64,000 nt of DNA from a virus. Positions 23,536 through 35,194 of this stretch are shown piece by piece (within the stretch, counting starts at the first letter, position 1; each line of letters begins with the position of its first letter). The translations under genes were made by a program, and so were the position numbers. The stretch spans positions 24,281 through 88,280 of the IMG/VR virus record IMGVR_UViG_3300040786_000030. One strand, given 5' to 3'. The notes beneath the pieces were generated by a model, which ran no database searches, was not told the DNA's origin, and was given only the letters and a program-made list of their open reading frames with translations.

Positions 23536-25170
23536 TATAATACTGATTTATAAATTTCCATTATTTGCTTACCTACAATATCACTTCTAAATTTATCAAC
23601 ATCTGTTGGTATTTCATTAAGGGTTTTATTTTTAATATTACCACTAGAATCAACATCATAAATCCATCCTTTTTTACCACATAACCAACCCTCAATTGTT
23701 GTTCTACCTAATAAAATACCAGCAGTTTCATCACATTGATGAATATATTTTTCAGTGTTAGATGTTGGTTCGAAATAAGTTACATGTTCTTGACCTTTAA
23801 TCCATATCATCTAGATACGTATCATTTTTTTTACCAACAATCCATAATTCTTCATTATTTTCTTTAGTAGTATTAACTAAATCTTGTATTGTATTTTTTC
23901 GTAAATAATCTATTGTACCAACAAACAATATTCTTTTTTTAACCCTATGTTGTTCAGGTCCTAATTTAAATCTAATATTATCGATAGGGTTGTAAACAAC
24001 TTCAACTAAATTTGAATCAACATTGAAATCATCAACAATATATTTTTTAATTTCAGGTCTAATAGCTATATATTTTTTAATTTCAGGTGTTAGTACTGGT
24101 TCTTCTAACGCAATAACCTCTGAATGTATAGTACAGACCATTGGAGTATTAGGGTAAAACGTAATAAATGTTCTGTTATTGGTTTATGATTTAAATGTAT
24201 TACATCGAAATTAACATCATTAACTTTATATAACGTATTAACAGCTGAAACAACGTCACCCTCTGTTGATTTTAATAACCATTTACCATCACCCAATTTA
24301 AACCAGGCGGTTCTTGTAAGTTAAACAAATTAATACCTAATTTCTTAGCAGAAGCGGCTAAAGGTAACCCAAGATTAGAACAAATACTAACATTGCAGTT
24401 TTCCTTTAATAATTGTTTAGCTAATTCAAACACATATAATTCAGAACCAGTATAACCGTTAAAATTTAAACACCCAATTAAGACATTTAATTTTTCACCC
24501 TTACGTAAAATCCTAGGTAAGGTCACAGGTAGATTATCTTTAAATTTTCAGAAAAAATAACTCTATTTTCTTCCCATTTTCATTAGTAACACCTATTGAC
24601 TGATGATTAACCTTAATTAGTGTAGTAACACCGATGACAACTTCTTTTAGGAAGTTTTCAAAACAAAAGTTACATCATAAAAATGGAACCCTCAACTTCT
24701 TCATTAAAGTTTGTTGCTATTTTTGTTTTATCAACAGCAAAGAAAAGCCCATCCACAGATACTACAGATTCTAATTCTTGACCTAAATCATTACTATAGG
24801 CTGATAACCAAGTTTTACCTTCATTAGTATGTTTAACTCTACCATACATTTTCTTAGGGTTTTCCCACCATCTACCATTACTTGGTAGGTACTTAGAACC
24901 AGCAACACCAATAATACCAAACGTTGGATTTTTTTCAAATTGTTTTAATAATTTAGAACCCCATTGTTTTGTTTCAATAGTTATATCATCATGACAGAAC
25001 ACCACAATATTAGTTTTAGCTTGTTCTAAGCCACGATTATAACATTTAGTTAATGATTCACCATTATTAATTATTTCTATCACATCTATGTGATTATGAA
25101 GCCCAGAAGACTTTTTTTAAGTGTTCTATATGTTCTGGGTTTGATTTTCTCGTGCAGTATACGACTGTTA
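23535..25170 (-). CDS. Probable two-domain glycosyltransferase (GT-A Glyco_tranf_2_5-like N-terminus plus GT-B C-terminus), indel-split
   Basis: YNRGLEQAKTNIVVFCHDDI, GIIGVAG and VDGLFFAV, followed by GYTGSELYVFELAK, VYNPID, LFVGTIDYLRK and GRTTIEGWLCG. A fusion versus two genes cannot be resolved because of indels. Confidence 0.7.
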
Positions 25171-25231
25171 TCATATTATATTTATTTTAAATAAAGATAC
25201 ACAAAAAATTTACATAGTAAAGTAGTTAAAC

Positions 25232-25260
25232 AAAAAAACCCACAATAAAGTGGGTCTTAA
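25232..25260 (-). terminator. Intrinsic terminator after dut
   Basis: acccac-aataaa-gtgggt hairpin with an A7 run (U-tract on the minus strand). Confidence 0.65.
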
Positions 25261-25321
25261 CGTTTTAGGGTTTTAAAATGTATTATTTTTATAGTAAGTT
25301 AATCTAACCCTAATTATTTTT

Positions 25322-25790
25322 ATTTAACTCCAGTACTACCAAATCCACCAGTACCACGTCCAGAATTTTCATCTAAGTTGATAACTTCTATTAGATTTAT
25401 TTTTGTTTGACTTAAAACTGAGGCAAAACTCCTTGTGCAATTCTATCACCTTTTCTACAATAAATGGTTCATCACCTAAATTTATTAGAATTACTTTAAT
25501 TTCACCACGATAATCAGCATCAATCGTACCAGGTGTGTTTAATACCGTAACACCATATTTAGCAGCCAAACCACTTCTAGGTCTAATTTGTATTTCATGA
25601 TTATCTGGTATGTTAAAAAATAAACCAGTTGGTATTATTTCTATTTTCATTGGTAAAATAGTTACAGACTCAAGTACGTTTGTTCTTAAATCAAACCCTG
25701 ATGAACCATTTGTTGCATATTCAGGGTTTTCATTAGTCGATTCATTTTTAATTGTAAATCCATTATTTATTTGCTTTTCATGTTTAACAG
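25322..25790 (-). CDS. dut: Trimeric dUTPase, indel-split
   Basis: [28 protein letters not shown] and a C-terminal [10 protein letters not shown]. Confidence 0.95.
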
Positions 25791-26322
25791 CAAATAAAGT
25801 TGCCATTTTAATAGGTCACCTAACATTGAGTTATGGTATTCTGCCATTTTATCATCTGTTTTATCAGAAAATGTAATAGCAGCAAATTCTTCCTCGCTTA
25901 ATTCAATACCATTAGCTAAGGCATAATATGCGCTTCTCTCACTAACACGCATTGATGTTAAGTTATCTATAAACTCATACATTTTACCTAAGTTATCACG
26001 ATGCCATTTTGACTCGCATGGTTTAAATGTTTTAGCTTTACCAATTTGGTGTAGAAAACAAACTTTTAATAAAGATATTTGGTCTACTCTTTCATTCTCT
26101 GGTAATGCAGTATTAAATTTAACAGCGTAAGATGCTACTCTTAATAAATGGTCAATTAAACCACCTGTAAATGCATTATTTAAACTTTCCATCGTCGATG
26201 CTGGCGCATTAATAAATTCCTCACCTAAAAACTCATTAGTTTTTCATTCATAAAACCTAACTTAGTCGCTGTTTCAAAATACTTTTAGTATTAGCTATTA
26301 TTTTTCCTTGTTCTAAAGACAT
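25790..26322 (-). CDS. HD-domain (YhaM-like) fold protein with a degenerate HD motif
   Basis: [10 protein letters not shown]...[10 protein letters not shown]: the canonical LHDIGK is changed to LHQIGK. Confidence 0.65.
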
Positions 26323-26355
26323 TTAATTAATTTATTATAATTTTGTTATTTTTTA

Positions 26356-26363
26356 CAAACTTA
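26356..26363 (-). promoter_or_regulatory. Bacteroidota-type -7 promoter element TAAGTTTG
   Basis: Matches TAnnTTTG; about 35 nt upstream of the HD/dut operon. Confidence 0.5.
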
Positions 26364-26394
26364 CAATATTTATTTTAATTAAATGGTTTTTTTA

Positions 26395-27612
26395 CTAATT
26401 AAATCTAAATATAATTTTCTTCGTTGCTCAGTAACGTTATTAATTGAGTAAGTATTTTAACTGTTTCGTGTAAATTATCTTGTAATGTTTTAACGATTTC
26501 TGGATTTTGTATTAATTTTTAATAGCACCATACCAATCTTTACCATTTTAGCTGTATCAACTAAAATACTATTAGCGGTTAAATCAAAACCACCACCAAA
26601 CACCAAAGAGTTTTTCAAGTCAATTTGATATGGTCCGAAATTCTGCGCAATAATAGCCTTATTATGGAAACCAGCTTCAATTACTTTTAATTGACTTTTA
26701 ACTTTATTAAAAATGTGTTCATCTAATGGAGCTAAAGAGATATCGAATAAGTTATAATTTAATGCGTATGTTGAAATTGGTTTTGTCCAAACTCTACGAT
26801 ATGGTTCATTAGCGATATCAGCATATTCTGTTTGTGTAAATTTCATCAAAAAATCTTTATATTCTGGGCTAATAGTTTTATAATCATCCGTAAATATTTT
26901 TTCATATTGATACCAAACACTTTCTTTAGGTGTAATGTTTCTAGTTGTTTGCTCATTTGTTTGCTCGTTAATCATTGTATGTGTTCCTCTAATATCAAAA
27001 CCACATAAAACGAATTGTACCTTGTCTAGTAAATTATCGTTTCTAAGACGACCAACAACACCGTTTAAAATTTCTAAATCTTTAAATGACTACTACCACC
27101 TAACCAACCTATTCTAACTCTTTCAGATTTTCTAAATTTGGTGTGAATTGTTTTCTGTTGGGTCTACAGCATTAGCTAATATAAACACATTTTTATTAAA
27201 TTTAGCTATTTCTTTTGCAAAAATATCTGTTGTTGTAGTAACATATTGTGCTGTTTTATGTTAGACAATATCTTAATATCTAAACCATTATTTTTAATTA
27301 AATAATAAGCTGGGTGGTGAATACCTGGTGACCAGTAATCATCTAAGTCCATTATAGATATAATCCCTAAATTTTTTAACCTTTCAGTTAATTTTCCATA
27401 TTATCATAATCACCAAGTGTTCTATGGTAATGGATAATATCATATTGTTTTAACCATTCATCATTATCAATTTGAGGTTCATAATCAACATCAACGTGAA
27501 ACTCATCTGGGTAATTATTTTCTAAAGCGATATGTGGTTTTGTAGAACGAAAGTAACTTACACCTGTACGGTCAGATGGTACAACTAATATTTTAATTTT
27601 TTTGTTTTCCAT
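26395..27612 (-). CDS. Glycosyltransferase, GT-B (GT4-like), indel-split
   Basis: KILVVPSDRTGVSYFR, IIDLDDYW, DISLAPL...FNKVKSQLKVIEAG...IIAQNFGPY. Confidence 0.8.
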
Positions 27613-27670
27613 GTTTTAACTTGTTTTATCTTATTTATAAAACAAAAAAAATAAGGAAATACTATATAAT

Positions 27671-27698
27671 AAAAAAGACCCGATTGGGTCTTTATTTT
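27671..27698. terminator. Intrinsic terminator
   Basis: aaagaccc-gatt-gggtcttt hairpin with A/T flanks, just after the stop at 27700. Confidence 0.75.
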
Positions 27699-27699
27699 G

Positions 27700-28287
27700 T
27701 TAAACTGTTTTTTCTTTGTAGTAATTTTACCTTCTTTGATTAATAAATTAATCGTTTTAGTAATTGCTGACTCAGTGAGTTTTTTCTCATAACTACTTTT
27801 TAGGAAATTCATTAAAGTCTCGTTCATAATCTCTTTTAATTCAGTTCGACTAATAGTGATTAAATCCGAATTATTTCTAGACTCACTTAATTGTTGTGGT
27901 TGTTGTTGTCTTTGTTGTGGTTGCCTTTTGGGTTTATTTCTTCAATATCTTCAGCTGAGAATGATGTACCCATAGATGGTTTATCTATCGGTCTATTTAT
28001 CATAGCCTCTTTAATATTTTGAGGTAGTTTAGATGCCATTATATGTTCCTTGAGAAATTTTGTAATGGTGCTGTACTACTTAATTGTTGGCTATGTTGTT
28101 CATAATTAGGTTCTCTTTCATCTCTTTCATTATAATGTTCAGTATTGTATGATTTTGTTTCGGAAACGTTTTGTCTACTACTACTACTCACACTAGGACT
28201 TATATCTTCAACTTTATTCATCACTTTTTTAGCATTAGCTAAAATGTTTTTAAGTGCTGATAAATTTACTGGTACTGGTTGTTCCAT
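27700..28287 (-). CDS. Hypothetical protein (Gln-rich linker), indel-split
   Basis: Pieces 28039-28287 and 27585-27827 join; the real stop is probably TAA at 27700. Confidence 0.55.
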
Positions 28288-28289
28288 AA

Positions 28290-28992
28290 TTATATTTTTA
28301 TTTCATCGTTATTTAAACCATCATCTGAAATTTCTTCTTCATCTGGTTCTTGTAATTGTAACCCTTGTTTAGGTTCTTGTAATTGTAACCCTTGTTTAGG
28401 TTGTGGTTTTAACTCTTGTTTAGGTTGTGGTTTTAACTCTTGCCTTTTTGATTTAAACCTTGTTGTTGTTGTTGGTAATCTCCACGTAAATTCGCCTCTT
28501 TATCTTTAATTGATTGTAATTCATCTGGTGTTTTTATTTTATTTTTACCACCTTGACTATAACTATAATTATAATCAGCCCATTTTACAGTATTAGCTAT
28601 ATTTTTAGAATCATTACCACCATCAGTCCTAGACTTAATACCAGGTTGGAAATATGCGACTTTAGTTATTTTAAAATTATTAATACCATCTAATCTAAAT
28701 TTTTTATATACATCATTCGGCATAACTAAACCATTTTTAGATAAAACCTAGCATCAATTAAATTACTACCACTAGTTGATACGTTTCGTTGGTTAACCTC
28801 TATAAATTGGTTAGAACGTTCACCCTTTGCATTAGTATAATTAATTTCAACTCTATAATGTTTACCTGGTTTATCTTTATCACCTAATAGTAATGTATCC
28901 ACCAAATTGGTAGATACACCTTCAGATATTTTATTAACCTGTTTTCTACTTTCTTCTAATATAACTTCTGCGTATAGATTGTAAAGTCTCAT
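28290..28992 (-). CDS. WYL-like domain protein with a Q/P/K-rich repeat tail, indel-split
   Basis: YRVEINY...ERS...IE...KKFRLDGINNF resembles the WYL FRxDRI signature. The N-terminus reads MRLYNLYAEVILEES. Confidence 0.45.
28345..28442 (-). repeat. Coding tandem repeats: 27 bp x2 (PKQGLQLQE) and 24 bp x2 (PKQELKPQ)
   Basis: ggttcttgtaattgtaacccttgttta at 28345 and 28372; ggttgtggttttaactcttg at 28399 and 28423. Confidence 0.9.
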
Positions 28993-28997
28993 TTTTT

Positions 28998-29409
28998 TTA
29001 AATAATTACTTGACCAATATTTAATGACATATTAGGTTGTGTAACTTGTACCAGCAATCGCTGTAGGTCCATAACCCCATGTTGCTGCGTTAAGTATTAT
29101 TTCTTGGTCTCTACCAGAACCAATAGAAATTGCTTGGTTACCGTTTTATCCCAATCACCACCAACACCACCATAATTATAAATGTCTAGAAATTGACCTG
29201 AACCTTTACCATGTATTGGTGAATTCTTATCAGATATCGCTCTAGTATGTGTTGCACCATATTGGTTTGTCGCATCTATATTATTATAAATATTTTAGGT
29301 AAAGTGTATTTCTAGCAGCTATAGCGGCTTTTCCAATGGTGATTGTTCACCGTTATAAATTGATGGCATAATTATAAATTTTGTTTTTATTATTGTTATT
29401 GTTATTCAT
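28998..29409 (-). CDS. Small Gly-rich putative virion protein, indel-split
   Basis: Reconstructed YGATHTRAISDKNSPIHGKGSGQFLD...WGYGP. Confidence 0.5.
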
Positions 29410-29417
29410 ATACTCTA

Positions 29418-30326
29418 TTAAATATCTCATATTTGAAATTTCTTCAGATAAAGCTTGTGAATTTGTTATTATTTTATCTTTTGTTTCTTTGATTGTAAGG
29501 CCATATCATTACTTAAAATTTTATTAGTAACACTTGGACCAGAGTGGTCACTACCTTTGGTAACCATTGGTGTTGAAACTTCAGTACCCTTTTAGCTTTT
29601 GAATTGGTTTTCACGACCAGCATCCATGCCAATTTTTTCTTATTATAATTTATCTCTTGTGTTTTACTAACTAGCGGTTCTATTTCGTTAAACCTATTGT
29701 TCCCACCTAATGAATCATATTCAGAACAATTTTAGTTTCATCACAAATATTTTTAGCTTTATTAAGTCTAGATAACTCCATTGAGTATGCTTGATGGTTT
29801 TACCATCGTCACTTTTAGTTGTTAAAAACTTATTATTAATTTGTGAATTCATTATTAGATTCTTTTTGAACTATTATTATTTTTTTTCTGATATTAATTT
29901 TGATAATTCTTCTAATTGTTGAATACTCAAATCATTATCTTTATCATATCAATTATTTTACCAACTTTTGGATTATAATTCTTTTCAGTAACGTCAGATG
30001 ATTTACTTTTTTAACTAAATCTTCTACTCTTTCTTCCACATTTTTTTTTGTGATTATTTTATTAGTATTTTCAGCTCTAATACCACGACCACTACGAGAA
30101 CCACCAAAACTATATACTGCAAACCAAGGTATATTTTGTCTATAATTACCAAAAACTTTATCTGTTGTTGTTGATTGACCCTTTTCATAATATGAGTCAT
30201 CACCCCATTGTTTATCAACGGGTCCAGTTTCTATTTCACTATTATTAACAATGTTTCTATCACCACCACTGGAAGTAACATCACCACCAACTAGTTCATT
30301 TAGCTCACTCTTTTAAATGTTGCCAT
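29418..30326 (-). CDS. Hypothetical protein (putative virion), indel-split
   Basis: MATFKRSELNELVGGDV...TTTDKVFGNYRQNIPWF; preceded by TATTTAT. Confidence 0.5.
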
Positions 30327-30342
30327 ATTTTTGTCTTTTATT

Positions 30343-30372
30343 ATAAATATATTCAAAAGTTAGAATATTTAT
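30343..30372. promoter_or_regulatory. Back-to-back divergent TATTTAT late promoters
   Basis: ATAAATA at 30343-30349 (minus-strand motif) and TATTTAT at 30366-30372 (plus), between the divergent ATGs at 30326 and 30391. Confidence 0.6.
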
Positions 30373-30390
30373 AATAAAACATATAAATAC

Positions 30391-31024
30391 ATGGCTTTTA
30401 TAACAAAAATAGATTTTTCAAACAATAGACAAGTTAAACAACGTGAGCAAACTAACACTAGTTTATCAGGTTCAACAAGTTTTGGGTTACCTTTAGTGCG
30501 TTAACTAGTGGTCCTAATTTAGATAGTATAGTAATAATAAGTGGTTATACTAATTTAAATAGCACATTTTCTGGTAATAGTGGTTCAACAACATATTATT
30601 GGGCTAATGCGAATATGGTATTAGGTGAACCATCGTTATCTGCGATAACAATTTCAAATTCTGGTGTAACTCAAATAGCTAGTGGTTATGTACCAACATC
30701 ATCAACGGTTATTGATGGTAATACCGTTATTACTAGTTATAGTGGTGTTAGTTACGATGTTAATATTCAGACAATGGTTAGTTTAGGTGGAGGTTCATAT
30801 AGTGGTACTATATTCACTTCTTTATTAGAAACACAAACAACTGGAAGTCTTGGGTATCTAGGTAGAACTATTTGGGTTGATGTACCTGGGATTATTAGGG
30901 GTGAAAAATAATATTAACAAAATTAGGTGTTTATGCTGATAATTCAGCCGCTACCGCTGCGGGTTTAGATGATGGAACGGTATATAGAACTAGCACTGGT
31001 GACCTTAAAGTAAAATATACATAA
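30391..31024 (+). CDS. Putative virion/tail protein, indel-split
   Basis: S/T/G-rich; C-terminal YADNSAATAAGLDDGTVYRTSTGDLKV. Confidence 0.5.
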
Positions 31025-31026
31025 AA

Positions 31027-32714
31027 ATGGGTAACATAAAAAATTATAATTTTAATAAACTAGACCTTAAATTATCTAATAGTGACTATTGGGATTTTAT
31101 TTAAGCACAGATGATAATGGTAATAATTGTAATACCCTTTCTATTGGTGACTCATTTGTCGTTTGGTATGACTTTAATAACTCTAATACCTATTTTAATA
31201 ATGATTATTCTTCATCAGATATTTATAGTTTAATTACTTGGACAGGTGCAACTAATACTGGTTATACTATGGATACAATAGGTTTAACAGGTATTGATAA
31301 TGGGTTAGTACCTTATAATAAAATAAGTGGTGACACTTTAAATTTAGGGTTATTATCGGCATTAACGGGTACTACCCTATTCATACCATCTGGTGATACT
31401 AGATTACATATGGTTAAGGTAAGTGGTTCAACTAATCAATTTATATATGAAAATAATTATAAAATTGACCCTATTTTAAATTTTGGTTATTCTAATTTAA
31501 ATGGTGGTTTTATCAAGGCTATTATAAGTTAGATGGTAATTCATATGAAGTTTTACCAGTTAGAGTTAACCAGTCTTGGTCTGCTGAGTTTTGGATTAAA
31601 CCTAACTCAACAGTATTAACAGGTAATACACTTAATAATAAATACCCAGATAATAAAGGTATCTTTTTTACATGGGCACACGTGCTGAAAATAAATTTTG
31701 GAATACATTTGAAGGTAATAATACTGGAGATACTAGTGGGTGCACTAGTGGGTGTACTAGTGGGTGTACAATACCTAAAGAAATAGATATTGTGTTATTG
31801 GGTGATTATAATATTAACATACCACTAAACCCACCATTAATTAATATCAAATTAGAGTTTAACCCATTCCTTATATATGGTAGGGCAAGTAAAACTAATT
31901 CTACTTGCAGTTGTGGTAGAAAGCACGATGGTTTAGGTACAGAAACTGCTTGTTCATATAGTGGTGGTGGTGTCCCAGTCATAACTTATAGTCAAAACAT
32001 TACAAATACAACAAACCCATTTCTTATATATGGTAGGGCAAGTAAGACTAACGCTACTTGCAGTTGTGGTAGAAAGCACGATGGTTTAGGCACGGAAACT
32101 GCTTGTTCTTTTAGTGGTTTTAGTCAAGACCAAACTGAACTTAATTATAATTTAGACATTATTGATAATGCAATTGGTTTCAGGATAAAAGATGATGGGA
32201 GTATTGGGTATAGGTTATTAACAGTAACTGGTAAATGTAGCGATGATAGAGTTTATAGTAGTGGTATTACTATAGAAGAATCTTATTCAGTTAGTGGTAT
32301 TGTATCACCAGATATCTGGTCTTACATCGTAATTAAATTTGTAACTGACTATATGGATGATTGTCAACTTAAAACGGAAAAACTAGAAAGGGTAAACTTA
32401 TGTTTTACGTAAATGGTAAACTTAAACATATTATTGATGATTTTGATGAGATAATAGCTAGGAGACTTAACGATAATAATTTAAAACAAGTCAGGGTTCC
32501 TTTTAATTTCACTTTAGGTGGTGGTTCTCAGGGGTTATTAGAGAGCCAGACGTTTGATGGTATAGATGAAATGGATAGAGGTTTACCAATTGAGGAAAAT
32601 TTTGCTGGTACTTTTATTGGTGGTTTATCAGAATTTAAATTCAACATAAATAACCTGTCGTTTTGTAATATTACCGATAATTATAATCAAGATAGTTTAA
32701 AATATGGATTATAA
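31027..32714 (+). CDS. Virion protein with a LamG/concanavalin-A-like domain and Cys-rich insertions, indel-split
   Basis: WSAEFWIKP, WSYIVIKF, FYVNGKL, FTLGGG and FIGGLSEFKF form a LamG pattern. Confidence 0.6.
31861..32118 (+). repeat. Direct repeat of about 105 bp x2 encoding NPFLIYGRASKTNxTCSCGRKHDGLGTETACS
   Basis: Copies at 31861-31965 and 32014-32118. A 12-bp x3 TSGC repeat also occurs near 31732-31767. Confidence 0.92.
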
Positions 32715-32745
32715 AATAATATAAAATATTAAAATATAAATAGAT

Positions 32746-35118
32746 ATGGCTGATAAAAAAAAGTGAATTAATTGATAATACGAACCCATCTGGTGATAAT
32801 ATAATACCAATAGTTGCTAGTGGTGTTACAATGAAACAATCACTTAGTGGTTTAAGCGCTTTTAAAAACAACTGAAGTATACGTTACTGGTGGAACTTAT
32901 ACAGCTGGAACAGCTGTATTTAGAAATAATACTGGTGGTACGTTTAACGTAACTGGTTTTAGTACAGGTACAACTGATACTGTTGTTACAGGTGGAACTT
33001 ATACAGCTGGAACAGCTGTGTTTAGAAATAATACTGGTGGTACGTTTAACGTAACTGGTTTTAGTACAGGTACAACTGAAGTATTTGTTACTGGTGGAAC
33101 ATATACAGATGGAACAGCAACATTTAGAAACAATACTGGTGGAACATTTAATGTGATTGGATTTAGTGCGTTAACGGAAGTGGCCGCAATAACTGTTGAA
33201 AACATTTCTAATTTATTCTCAACTGCTTTAAACGCTGGTACTAATTTAACAAATGTAAATTACTCAATTTTTTTAGGTAGATACTGGTTATAGTGCAACA
33301 AGCGCAAATAACTCAAATTTCATTGGTAATCAAGCTGGTTATAGTGCAACAAGCGCTTCTAACTCAAATTTCATTGGTTATCAAGCTGGTTATAATGCAA
33401 CAAGTGCTTATAACTCAAATTTCTTTGGTTATCAAGCTGGAATAGCGCAACAAATGTATTCGGGTCAAATTTATTTGGAACTAATACTGGGGATGGGGCG
33501 AAGAATGCTTATTATTCAAATTTCATGGGTGAAAATGCTGGTAGAGAAGCGATAGATGCTAGTCAATCGAATTTCTTAGGTGTGAACGCTGGGTTTCGAG
33601 CGACAACCGCTTATAGTTCAAATTTCTTTGGAGCTGGAGCTGGTTCTTACGCAATAAATGCACAATCGTCTAATTTCTTTGGTGAAGGTGCTGGTGCTGT
33701 AGCGTCAGGTGCTAACAATTCAAATTTCTTTGGTTCTCAAGCTGGGAATAGTGCAACAAATGCTTATAGTTCAAATTTCTTGGGTCAAAATGCTGGTTCA
33801 AACGCAACAGCTGCAAATAACTCAAATTTCTTTGGTGAAAATGCTGGTTATAGTGCAACAACTGCAAATAATTCAAATTTCTTTGGTAGAGAAGCTGGTT
33901 ATTTAGCAACAAGTGCTATCAACTCAAATTTCATGGGTCAAAATGCTGGTAGAAATGCAATAAATGCAAGTAACGCAAATTTTATTGGTAGTAGTGCTGG
34001 AAATATCGCAACAAATGCATATCAATCAAATTTCATGGGTAACCTAGCTGGTAATCAAGCAATAAATGCTTATAACTCAAATTTCTTTGGTTATAATTCT
34101 GGTATAAACGCATCAGGTGCTAATAGTTCAAATTTCTTTGGCCTATGCTGGTCAATACGCATCAGGGCAAGTACTTCAAATTTCATTGGTGGTGCCGCTG
34201 AGCTGATGCAACAAATGCGTTCAATTCAAATTTCTTTGGTCCTCAAGTTGGTACTCGTGCAACAAATGCGAATAATTCAAATTTCTTTGGTTTTAAAGCT
34301 GGTAATGTAGCAACAAATGCTGATAATTCAAATTTCTTTGGTCAAAATACTGGTAGTGGCGCAACAAATGCATATGGGTCAAATTTCTTAGGTATTAATG
34401 CTGGTTATAATGCAATAAACGCTTATAATTCAAATTTCTTGGGTAATACTGCTGGTTATGTTGCAACAGGTGCAAGTAGTTCGAATTTCATTGGTGGCTC
34501 TGCTGGGCAAGGAGCAACAGATGCTAATAGTTCAAATTTCTTTGGTAATAACGCTGGTGCTTACGCAACAGGTGCGGCTCGTTCAAATTTCTTGGTTTAA
34601 ACTCTGGTTATGAAGCAAGAAATGCTAATTTCTCAAATTTCTTGGGTCAAAGTGCTGGTTATAGTGCAACAAGCGCTAGTAACTCAAATTTCTTGGGTCA
34701 AAATGCTGGTTTTCAAGCGACAAACGCTAGTTATTCAACATTGATTGGTTATAATGTTGGTCAAGGTACAATAGGTTCTATTGGTTCAAATAATATAATA
34801 ATTGGTACAAACATTAGTTTATCAGCTGGAACAACAAATAGTATAAATTTAGGTGGTGTTTTATTTGCTAATAACACATATTCAACGACTAGTGGTAACC
34901 CAAGTATAAGTGCACAAACAAATGGTAGAATTGGTGTTAACGTAGTTAATCCAACAGCTAATTTACATATTGCCGCTTCAACAACATTATCGGCTCTTAT
35001 GAGACTTGGTGTTGGTGTAGCACCAACAACACCAAATGATGGGGATGTTTGGTTAGAATCAAACACTAATACGGGTTTAAAGATAAGAATTAGTGGTGTA
35101 ACAAAACAATTACATTAA
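32746..35118 (+). CDS. Tail fibre/adhesin 1: NNTGGTFNV modules plus a 14-aa SNF(F/L)GxxAG repeat array, indel-split
   Basis: 34-aa repeats (102-bp period) near 32875-33170, then about 35 units of a 42-bp repeat, then a C-terminal GRIGVNVVNPT...NDGDVWLE. Confidence 0.75.
33275..34735 (+). repeat. 42-bp coding repeat array 1 (consensus tcaaatttc(t/a)t(t/g)ggt...gctggt...gcaacaa)
   Basis: Recurring tcaaatttc every ~42 nt; translation xSNFFGxxAGxxAT. Confidence 0.92.
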
Positions 35119-35153
35119 GTTAAAAATAAATTAATTAAATATTAATTTTAATA

Positions 35154-35160
35154 TATTTAT
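35154..35160 (+). promoter_or_regulatory. Putative late promoter core TATTTAT
   Basis: 35 nt upstream of the ATG at 35195. Confidence 0.55.
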
Positions 35161-35194
35161 AGTTATATAATAAAAAATTAAAAAACAAAAAAAA

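Noticed and set aside
25767-25810. Natural fusion of the HD-fold protein and dUTPase (ORF track starts dUTPase at MATLFAVK)
   Set aside because: [11 protein letters not shown] reads as the HD protein C-terminus after an indel. A plausible dUTPase start (ATG GAT TTA CAA TTA, overlapping a TAATG) lies just downstream. Indels make a fusion unprovable.
12628-27612. Origin as a bacterial O-antigen/capsule locus or a eukaryotic giant-virus segment
   Set aside because: The island is collinear and translationally coupled with phage genes (gp55-like sigma, PhoH, dUTPase), lacks Wzx/Wzy/ABC export, and is flanked by a complete T4-like head, neck, tail and baseplate gene set.
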